Positions 56,570-63,678 of a stretch of DNA of 64,000 nt are shown here, one piece after another. Numbering within the stretch: position 1 is the first letter of the stretch; each line of letters opens with the position of its first letter. Both the position numbers and the translations under genes were made by a program. The stretch comes from Eubacteriales bacterium (GTDB lineage Bacteria > Bacillota > Clostridia > Oscillospirales > QAKW01): NCBI GenBank assembly GCA_045544995.1, contig JAZQAE010000167.1, positions 1,218 through 65,217 on the forward strand, given 5' to 3'. The notes under the pieces were generated by a model. The model saw only the letters and a program-made list of their open reading frames with translations, was not told the DNA's origin and made no database searches.

Positions 56570-58801
56570 TTACATACTTGATACGCCTTCGGAGCTATTG
56601 GTACGGATGGTCACAACGGCGCCCTCCGCCACCACGGTTCCCGCCTCCGGAGACTGGGAAATCACCAAGGCATCGGAGCCGGAATTGGCGTTGCCGACCA
56701 CCCGGACGTTCAAGCCGGACTGCTTGATACGGTTGGTGGCACCGGCCACGGAATAATCCACAAGGTTGGGGATGGTAATATTCTTAGAAGGCTTGGAATC
56801 GCCGGTATAAAGGATGACCGTACCGCTCTGAGGCATGGTGGAACCGGCCTCCGGCATCTGCGCCACGACGGTATCGCCGTCGCCCTTGATCTTATACTTG
56901 ATCTCTGCGTCAATTAAGGTCTTTTCCACCTCTTCTAAGGTCTGATCCATATAGGAGGGGATGGCAATATCCAAGGTTGCCAGTTCCTCTTCCGTATACT
57001 CAGGCTGCACCCCCAGATACGGCAAGATGTCGCTGAGAATATCCCCTGCCACGGGAGCGGCGATGATACCGCCGTAGATCTCGCCGGCGCTGGGGGTATC
57101 CAGCATTACTAAAATGGCGTACTCCGGATCGTCTGCCGGAGCAAAGCCGATGAAAGAGGAAATATAATCTTTGATACCGGTAGCCACGTAATCGTCGATC
57201 TTCTCGGAGGTACCGGTCTTACCGGCCACCCGATAGCCCTTTACGTAGGCATTCTTACCGGAACCGACGCTGACCACTTCTTCCAAAAGGTCACAAACGA
57301 TACTGCTGGTCTCGGCAGATATCACCTGCCGTTTAGCGGTACCCTCGAAATTTTTAACAACCTTTTCAGTGCCGTCCTCCTGGGTCTCGGTGATCTCCTT
57401 GACCACGTGGGGGGTGATGAGTTTTCCGCCGTTGGAGGCGGCGGCCACTGCCGAGATCATCTGCAACGGCGTGATCTTAAAGTTCTGACCGAAGGAGGCG
57501 GTCGCCAATTCTACTTCCTGGAAGGTGGAGAACCAGATTCCGCTGGCCTCGCCGTTGAGATCAACGCCGGTTTTTTCGGTCAGGCCGAAATTCTTGAAGT
57601 ACTGATAAAACTTGGTGGCACCTACTTTGGCGCCGATGGAGATAAAGGCCGGGTTACAGGAATTCTGAATTGCCTGAGACAAGGTCTGATGGCCGTGTCC
57701 GCCGGACTTCCAGCAACGGATGGTCCGGTCTGCCACACGGATATAACCGGGACATCCATAGGTGTCGTTCAAGGTGATCAGCCCCTCTTCCATCGCCATG
57801 GAAAGGGTAACGATCTTAAAGGTGGATCCGGGCATATAGGTATCCACGATACACTTATTACGCCAGATCTTATTGCGGTAATCGGTGGTTTTCTCTTCCA
57901 ACTCTTCCCCGGCCAACGCCGAAAGGTTTTCCAGTACCATCTTATCGGTGATGGTGTAGTACTGGTTGGGGTCATAATTGGGCAGAGAGGCCATGCCTAA
58001 GATCTCACCGGTCTTTACGTTTAAGACGATGCCGGCGGCTCCCTCTTTACACTTTTGCTCGATCCGGGCTTCCTGGAGGTGCTTTTCCAGATAGTACTGT
58101 ACCGTTTCATCAATGGTCAGTACCACGTTCTTTCCGTTTTCCGCCTCCACGTAGGTCTCATATTCGATGGGCAATTCCGTTCCCACTGCATTTTTAGCGG
58201 TGATCAATTTGCCGGACGTTCCCTGGAGATATTCATTGTAGATCGACTCGATGCCGTCCAGACCCACGTTATCGGTACCGGTAAAGCCCAAAATATGGCA
58301 GGCAAGGCTGTTATAGGGGTAATATCGCTTGGTATCCTCCACCAGGTGAATACCGGGAAGGTCATTTTCGTCCACAAACGTCCGCACTTTATCCGCCACG
58401 TCCGACTCGATACGGCGTTTGATCAGCTCATAATAGTTTTTCTTTTGGGTCTTTTCGTAGACCGTCTCCTCATCCACACCTAAGATCTCGGCAAGTCCGG
58501 AGGCGATCTTACGGCAAAGAGCGGTATCCTCTTTATCGATAGAGTTGGGGGCGATATAGACAGTTTCCACCGGGGCAGACTTCGCCAAAGCGGTATAGTT
58601 CCGGCTGTAAATGGTTCCCCGCTGGGCATTCAGCGTCGTATCCATCGTCTGCTGACTGATGGCTTTGGTTTGATAATAACTATAATTGACGATCTGATAT
58701 TTTACCAACATTCCTGCCAGCCAAAGCAATAATGCCAAAGCAAAGATCGCCAGCATGACCGTACTGCGGTTTACCATCGAACGGCTTGGTCCTTTTCCCA
58801 T
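56570..58801 (-). CDS. Class B penicillin-binding protein with two C-terminal PASTA domains (FtsI/PBP2B/SpoVD-like)
   Basis: N-terminal TM segment and PBP dimerisation domain. The transpeptidase motifs are STFK, SCN and KTGT. Two PASTA-like repeats close the protein. Confidence 0.9.
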   Translation of the reverse strand: MGKGPSRSMVNRSTVMLAIFALALLLWLAGMLVKYQIVNYSYYQTKAISQQTMDTTLNAQRGTIYSRNYTALAKSAPVETVYIAPNSIDKEDTALCRKIASGLAEILGVDEETVYEKTQKKNYYELIKRRIESDVADKVRTFVDENDLPGIHLVEDTKRYYPYNSLACHILGFTGTDNVGLDGIESIYNEYLQGTSGKLITAKNAVGTELPIEYETYVEAENGKNVVLTIDETVQYYLEKHLQEARIEQKCKEGAAGIVLNVKTGEILGMASLPNYDPNQYYTITDKMVLENLSALAGEELEEKTTDYRNKIWRNKCIVDTYMPGSTFKIVTLSMAMEEGLITLNDTYGCPGYIRVADRTIRCWKSGGHGHQTLSQAIQNSCNPAFISIGAKVGATKFYQYFKNFGLTEKTGVDLNGEASGIWFSTFQEVELATASFGQNFKITPLQMISAVAAASNGGKLITPHVVKEITETQEDGTEKVVKNFEGTAKRQVISAETSSIVCDLLEEVVSVGSGKNAYVKGYRVAGKTGTSEKIDDYVATGIKDYISSFIGFAPADDPEYAILVMLDTPSAGEIYGGIIAAPVAGDILSDILPYLGVQPEYTEEELATLDIAIPSYMDQTLEEVEKTLIDAEIKYKIKGDGDTVVAQMPEAGSTMPQSGTVILYTGDSKPSKNITIPNLVDYSVAGATNRIKQSGLNVRVVGNANSGSDALVISQSPEAGTVVAEGAVVTIRTNSSEGVSSM

Positions 58802-58828
58802 GCGAAACTCCTTTCTCTCCTAAAATCC

Positions 58829-58870
58829 CCCAAAATATGCGGTGTAAAATTACACCGATGCCCAAAATAA
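58829..58870. repeat. Copy 1 of a short palindromic element (core GCGGTGTAAAATTACAC)
   Basis: CCCAAAATA-tgc-GGTGTAAAATTACACC-gatg-CCCAAAATA. The 17-nt core at 58839-58855 is identical to 63659-63675. Confidence 0.6.
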
Positions 58871-58949
58871 GGCAATTTTTTCATTCCATATAAAGCGCAA
58901 AATGAGAGTAAGAATAAATTCCCACTCTCGTTTCACTTTTATTGAAGCA

Positions 58950-59336
58950 TCAGCTCAGATATTCCAAAATAATATTAAATTCTGCCACGACGCCGTCCCA
59001 CCAGCTATTGCCTTTGGGCTCATCCTTGATGATTTCTACCGTATCGTCCGTCAGCAGGTTAATGGTCTGGATCTGATAATTCTCGATCTTGACCATCCCC
59101 AGTTCCTCGGTGGCGATGCGCTCGATTTCGTCCATGGAATTCTTACTTTCAATGGATACCTGTAATGCGCCGGTCTCCCCTTCCAGTTTGGTCAGGTTCG
59201 ATTTTGCGGCGAGGAGGTCACTGGAGACCTCGTTGAGAGCGATATGGCTATATAAGAGATAACCGCCGATGGCCAGAAACAGTGCGATGCAAAGTACCGC
59301 CGACCAGCGGATTCCCCGAATATTCAGTTTTCTCAT
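58950..59336 (-). CDS. ftsL: Cell division protein FtsL-like (septum formation initiator family)
   Basis: Small bitopic protein with a TM segment and a coiled coil (LLAAKSNLTKLEGETGALQVSIE). It has the conserved position between rsmH and the PBP gene. Confidence 0.75.
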   Translation of the reverse strand: MRKLNIRGIRWSAVLCIALFLAIGGYLLYSHIALNEVSSDLLAAKSNLTKLEGETGALQVSIESKNSMDEIERIATEELGMVKIENYQIQTINLLTDDTVEIIKDEPKGNSWWDGVVAEFNIILEYLS

Positions 59337-60274
59337 ATGGGTCTCCTTTCTGCTATACGCAACTTTGCGGGCTTTGAGCGGTTATTGGCCGCCAACTCTT
59401 CCTGGGATGCCGTGATCGGCTTATGGGTGATCTGCCGGATAATGGGCTTGCGTCCGCAAACACAGATCGGCAGATTTTTATCACAGATACAGCCGGAAGC
59501 TAAATCTGCAAAGGTGGTCTTCACAATGCGATCCTCCAGCGAATGGAAGGTCATCACAGCGATTCTTCCGCCGGGTTTCAAGACGGACACCGCATCCCGG
59601 ATTGCTTGCTCCAGGATCCGCAGTTCGCCGTTAACTTCAATCCGGATCGCTTGGAAGGTCCGCTTGGCAGGATGCTTATTTCCGTAGCGATCCTTGGGTG
59701 GGAAGACCTTTTCAATGATCTTCACCAATTGTCCGGTGGTTTCGATGGGTGATTCTTCCCGACGCTTACAGATCGCACCTGCGATCCGGGGCGCCATTCG
59801 CTCTTCACCGTAACGGTATAAAATATCGGTCAATTGTTCTTTGGAATAGGTATTGACCACTTGATATGCATCCAGAGGGCTTTCCCGATCCATCCGCATG
59901 TCCAGCGGAGCATCGAAACGGTAAGAAAAGCCACGGCTTTCCTCATCCAATTGAAAACTGGAAACGCCCAGGTCGAAAAGAATTCCGTCAATGGCGGAGA
60001 TCCCTTCCGCATCCAACACACTCCGCAGGGCAGAGAAATTGGATTTGACCGCTTTGAACCGCGCTCCAAAAGGTTCTAACCGTTTAGTGGCTGCTGCCAA
60101 AGCGTCCCGATCCTGATCAATGCCGATCAGGAAGCCTTTATCTAACCGTGCGGCTATCAGACTGCTGTGACCGCCTCCGCCCAACGTGGCATCCACATAG
60201 ATCCCATTGGGGTCGATGGCAAGTCCTTCGATGCACTCCTCAGCCATCACGCTATAATGCGAAAATTCTTTCAT
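59333..60274 (-). CDS. rsmH: 16S rRNA (cytosine1402-N4)-methyltransferase
   Basis: HYSVMAEECIEGL, DATLGGGGHS, DLGVSSFQLD and FHSLEDRIVK. Confidence 0.97.
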   Translation of the reverse strand: MKEFSHYSVMAEECIEGLAIDPNGIYVDATLGGGGHSSLIAARLDKGFLIGIDQDRDALAAATKRLEPFGARFKAVKSNFSALRSVLDAEGISAIDGILFDLGVSSFQLDEESRGFSYRFDAPLDMRMDRESPLDAYQVVNTYSKEQLTDILYRYGEERMAPRIAGAICKRREESPIETTGQLVKIIEKVFPPKDRYGNKHPAKRTFQAIRIEVNGELRILEQAIRDAVSVLKPGGRIAVMTFHSLEDRIVKTTFADLASGCICDKNLPICVCGRKPIIRQITHKPITASQEELAANNRSKPAKLRIAERRPI

Positions 60275-60699
60275 CAGAAGCCCAGCTCATCCATGGCAGC
60301 GACAATGCTTTCGCTATCCATCTTGGCTTCCATCTCAGCATAACGCTCGGGGGACCAGATCTCTACCCGATTGCCGTTACCGATGATGACTGCCTTTCCT
60401 TCGATGGCCGCCAGTTCTCTGAGTTTGATGGGCAATTGGATCCGTCCCTGCTTATCGGGGGTCACGTCCTTTTTATGGGCATTGAAGAAAAGAGAAACGC
60501 CCCGGCCTTTGGACATCGGCATGGCTGCCAGCTTATTCTGCAGTTCCAACCATGCTTCCCGGGTCAGTACATACACGCAATCATCTAAGCCACGGGTCAG
60601 TACCAGATCTCCGCCCATCAGTTCTTTGAACTCTTTCGGCAGGATCGCCCGGCCTTTTTCGTCCACGAAGTTTTCGTAGTAGCCTGTCAGATAAACCAT
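60274..60699 (-). CDS. mraZ: Transcriptional regulator MraZ
   Basis: Two SpoVT-AbrB halves, DEKGRAILPKEF and DKQGRIQLPIKL. The start was set at 60699, with an AAAGGAGG RBS. Confidence 0.93.
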   Translation of the reverse strand: MVYLTGYYENFVDEKGRAILPKEFKELMGGDLVLTRGLDDCVYVLTREAWLELQNKLAAMPMSKGRGVSLFFNAHKKDVTPDKQGRIQLPIKLRELAAIEGKAVIIGNGNRVEIWSPERYAEMEAKMDSESIVAAMDELGF

Positions 60700-60722
60700 G
60701 TATGCACCTCCTTTCGCATTTT

Positions 60723-60799
60723 CACCCACTCAATGTACACTAAGCACCCATTTAGACTCCACTTGATTTAAATTATACCAAAAAAACAGGAAAATGCAA
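60723..60799 (-). promoter_or_regulatory. dcw-cluster promoter (TTGCAT-16-TGgTATAAT) followed by four GTG(G/T)-type direct repeats (candidate MraZ operator)
   Basis: Minus strand: -35 at 60794-99 and -10 at 60772-77. The repeats are AGTGGAG (60757-63), ATGGGTG (60745-51), AGTGTAC (60735-41) and GTGGGTG (60723-29), spaced 10-12 bp apart. Confidence 0.5.
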
Positions 60800-60834
60800 T
60801 AGTTTTTTATTAAAAAAATAAAAAAATACAAAAT

Positions 60835-61124
60835 AAAAAAACACCCCGTTGTGGCACCTCTCCTACGGATGGTGCCACAGTTATATTCGCCTCTCGGCGA
60901 GTGATATTGCTTCGCAGTTATATGATGCTTCGCATCGTTATATTGTCCTTCGGACAGTTTTATAGGCGAATATAATATAACGAAAGCCGTATGGCTTTCA
61001 TATCACTTGGCCGTAGGTCAAATATAACTGCAAACGGTAGTTTGCAATACAACTCACACTTGAGAATAATAGAAAAACGGAGACGGCTTCTTTACGAAGC
61101 GTCTCCGTTTTCGAGGTGTTTTTT
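60835..61124. repeat. Mirror-symmetric heptamer/mini-hairpin array of unknown function (candidate structured ncRNA or protein-binding array)
   Basis: Five GT(T/G/T)ATAT heptamers are followed by four reverse-complement copies. Within each arm every gap is a unique GC-rich hairpin. A 13-nt inverted repeat brackets the unit. No ORF is present. See findings. Confidence 0.7.
61073..61111. terminator. Bidirectional intrinsic terminator
   Basis: Stem cggagacggcttc/gaagcgtctccg (one bulge), flanked by A5 and T4. It terminates the minus-strand EIIC-like gene and could also end a plus-strand transcript of the array. Confidence 0.8.
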
Positions 61125-61133
61125 CCTATTAAA

Positions 61134-62174
61134 TTATAACTTCAAGTCGCCCTCTTTGATCCAGCCCAGCTTACGGAGCAGCAGTCCGCCCAGCCAAGTA
61201 AGGATCGCCGGAAGCACGAAGCAGATCAGCGCAAGACCGATCCAATCAAAGGCGGTGATGGGGGTTCCGCTCTCCACCCAGCCGGTATATACACCGATCT
61301 GACCCACCAGTCCGCAGGTACCCATACCGGAGGAAACGGCGGGGCCATTCATTTCCAGCTTAAAGAGGCAGGTAGCCAGAGGGCCGGTGATGGCAGAGGT
61401 GACGATGGGAGGGATCCAGACCTTGGGGTTCCGAACGATATTGCCCATCTGGAGCATGGAGGTACCGAGGCCCTGGGAAACCAGACCGCCCCAGCGATTT
61501 TCACGGAAGCTCATGACGGCAAAGCCCACCATCTGAGCGCAACAGCCAGCAACTGCCGCACCGCCGGCCAGACCGGTCAGACCCAGCGCCGCACAGATGG
61601 CGGCGGAGGAAATGGGCAACGTCAAGGCGATGCCCACCAAGACGGAAACTACGATGCCCATCAGCAAGGGTTGCAGTTCTGTCGCCTGCATGATCAGCGT
61701 ACCGAAGGCGCTGGCCGCCTTGCCGATATACGGCGCAATGCCGGCGGAAAGTGCCACGCCCACCAGGATGGTGACCGAGGGGGTGACCAGAATATCCACC
61801 TTCGTTTCCTTGGAGACCAGTTTGCCGCACTCGGCGGCAACGATAGCAATCACCAGAACGGCCAAGGGGCCTCCGGCACCGCCCAAGCCATTGGCGGCAC
61901 TACCTACTGCTGCCAGGGAAAAGAGCACCAAATTCGGCGCTTTCAGCGCATAGCCGATGGCAATAGCCATCGCCGGGCCGGACATGGCAGAGGCATATTT
62001 GCCGATCTCCACCAAGAAGCCCCAGCCGGTCAGATCACCGATGGTATCAATGATGGTGCCGATCAAAAGGGAGCAGAAGAGCCCCTGCGCCATGGCACCC
62101 AAAGCGTCAATAAAATAACGCTTCCAGGAAAACTCAATGTCTTTTTTCTTTAAGAATTCTGCAAATTTACTCAT
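61134..62174 (-). CDS. PTS EIIC-like membrane protein (stand-alone PTS_EIIC_2-type)
   Basis: About ten TM helices, Gly/Ala-rich. The N-terminus KRYFIDALGAMAQGLFCSLLIGTII resembles that family. No EIIA/EIIB gene is adjacent. Confidence 0.55.
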   Translation of the reverse strand: MSKFAEFLKKKDIEFSWKRYFIDALGAMAQGLFCSLLIGTIIDTIGDLTGWGFLVEIGKYASAMSGPAMAIAIGYALKAPNLVLFSLAAVGSAANGLGGAGGPLAVLVIAIVAAECGKLVSKETKVDILVTPSVTILVGVALSAGIAPYIGKAASAFGTLIMQATELQPLLMGIVVSVLVGIALTLPISSAAICAALGLTGLAGGAAVAGCCAQMVGFAVMSFRENRWGGLVSQGLGTSMLQMGNIVRNPKVWIPPIVTSAITGPLATCLFKLEMNGPAVSSGMGTCGLVGQIGVYTGWVESGTPITAFDWIGLALICFVLPAILTWLGGLLLRKLGWIKEGDLKL

Positions 62175-62872
62175 CCTAATAAACCTTCTTTCTGAAGCAG
62201 ATCACGCAGATAGTCAATAAACATTTCATAGCCCATTTTATTGAAATGAACGCGGTCGGTATCGAAGATATCTTCCCGCACCATTTCGGGATCGCCGATG
62301 TCTTCAGGCTTTTCAAAATAGAAGGGTGCCTGATACAGATCCACGATCTGAACCCCTTCCTTCCGGGCGCAATAATCTTCCAAATATTCATTGTACTCTT
62401 GACGGAAGCGGGTAACGTGATTTACCGTTCCTTTATTCTTGATACCCGGCATCTTTTTAAAAACATAGACCGGTGCATCGGGGAATTCAGCCCGGAACCA
62501 GTCGATCAGGGTTGCGGTAACGTTCATGGACTCGGCAGGGCTATAGCCGAACCCGATATCGTTGCTACCGGTGGAAAGGATCAACGCACGGGGCGCATAA
62601 GGGCGCACCAGACGGTCGTAGTAGTACAAAAGGTCATCGGCACTGCTGGTACCAAAACCATGATTAATGACCGCCTTAGAGCCGTCCTTTGCCAAAAGCG
62701 TCTCCTCAAAAAGAGGATGACCCTTTTCGGGATGACGGTCGCAGTATGTGAAAGAACTGCGGGTAAAGAAGGAATCTCCGTAAAAAAGGATCTTGCCGGT
62801 CTCTACGGGGCGTCCCAAGTACTTTGCAATTTCATCGTCAAATCTTCTGACTTCCAATCTTGATCCGAACAT
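62171..62872 (-). CDS. SGNH/GDSL-family hydrolase (esterase)
   Basis: YGDSFF (block I Ser), GFGTSS, GSND, and DRVHFN (block V Asp/His). Confidence 0.75.
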   Translation of the reverse strand: MFGSRLEVRRFDDEIAKYLGRPVETGKILFYGDSFFTRSSFTYCDRHPEKGHPLFEETLLAKDGSKAVINHGFGTSSADDLLYYYDRLVRPYAPRALILSTGSNDIGFGYSPAESMNVTATLIDWFRAEFPDAPVYVFKKMPGIKNKGTVNHVTRFRQEYNEYLEDYCARKEGVQIVDLYQAPFYFEKPEDIGDPEMVREDIFDTDRVHFNKMGYEMFIDYLRDLLQKEGLLG

Positions 62873-63582
62873 TACAGCAGTCCCTCCTGATCTAGAAAAT
62901 CACGGAACCAGGCAATGAATTTTTTGTATCCTGCTGGATTGAAGTGTACCTGGTCACCCACGTAGTGAATGGTTTTAACCTTGCTATAGTCGCCAATGTC
63001 CTCCGGATTTATGTCGTAGGCCTTGGTATCGCCCGCCTTGGAATAAAGGAACGGGATCTTTTCCATGGCGATATAGGTGCAATCGTTCTTTTTGCAATAG
63101 TCCTCTAAAAGTTCGTTATACTGGGCACGGGCATTGAGATAGATCTTCTGGGTGTTGTTCTTGCAGTTGGGCAGATAATTCATGCAATAGACGGGAGCAC
63201 TGGGGAAATCCGCCTTAAACCAATTAATGATCCGTGCTTCAATATCCATGACATCCTTGGGGAAATAGCCAAAGGCAAAATCGTTTGCCGCAGTAGCCAG
63301 CACCAAAGCCTTGGGCTTATAAGGACGGACCATTCTGGAATAATAATACAGCAGGTCATCCGCACTACTGGTGCCGAAACCATGGTTGACGATAGCCTGA
63401 GAGCCGTCATTCATCAGCAGCTCCTGCTCGATATCCGGATTTTCCTTCACAGTTCTGATGGGAGAGCAACGGGTAAAGAGAGAATGACCGTACAGAAGGA
63501 TCTTTCCCTCTACCACCGGCATCGCTTCGTAGTTCAAAATCGATTCCTCAAACTTCTTGACTTCCAGTTTTGAACCAAACAT
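62872..63582 (-). CDS. SGNH/GDSL-family hydrolase, paralog of the downstream gene
   Basis: YGHSLF (GHS instead of GDS), GFGTSSADDLLYYY shared with the paralog, AAND, and DQVHFN. Its stop overlaps the next start (TAATG). Confidence 0.7.
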   Translation of the reverse strand: MFGSKLEVKKFEESILNYEAMPVVEGKILLYGHSLFTRCSPIRTVKENPDIEQELLMNDGSQAIVNHGFGTSSADDLLYYYSRMVRPYKPKALVLATAANDFAFGYFPKDVMDIEARIINWFKADFPSAPVYCMNYLPNCKNNTQKIYLNARAQYNELLEDYCKKNDCTYIAMEKIPFLYSKAGDTKAYDINPEDIGDYSKVKTIHYVGDQVHFNPAGYKKFIAWFRDFLDQEGLL

Positions 63583-63647
63583 TATTTAGTCCCTCCTTTG
63601 ATTTTTTATATTCTAACATAACGATAAACGAATCACAAGGGAATATT

Positions 63648-63676
63648 ACCCAAAAATAGCGGTGTAAAATTACACT
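63648..63676. repeat. Copy 2 of the short palindromic element (core GCGGTGTAAAATTACAC)
   Basis: ACCCAAAAATA-GCGGTGTAAAATTACAC. The 17-nt core at 63659-63675 is identical to 58839-58855. Confidence 0.6.
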
Positions 63677-63678
63677 AT

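Noticed and set aside
58840-58857. Whether the palindrome GGTGTAAAATTACACC could be a catabolite-responsive element (cre) or a Rex box.
   Set aside because: cre requires a 14-nt TGWAANCGNTNWCA with a central CG, and Rex sites are TTGTGAA-N4-TTCACAA. This site is 2-4 nt too short and lacks the central CG.
60880-61053. Whether the heptamer array could be a CRISPR array or an integron attC cluster (GTTATAT resembles the GTTRRRY core, ATATAAC resembles RYYYAAC).
   Set aside because: The repeats are only 7 nt with 9-18 nt spacers, far below CRISPR dimensions, and no cas genes are present. The attC resemblance fails at one core position. The units are about 20 bp rather than cassette-sized, and no integrase is nearby.
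60836-61124. Whether the segment could be an invertible promoter (inverton) bounded by the 13-nt inverted repeat.
   Set aside because: The inverted repeat is largely an A6/T6 run, and its right copy coincides with the terminator tail. No convincing internal promoter and no nearby invertase gene were seen. It is kept only as a minor alternative under the main finding.
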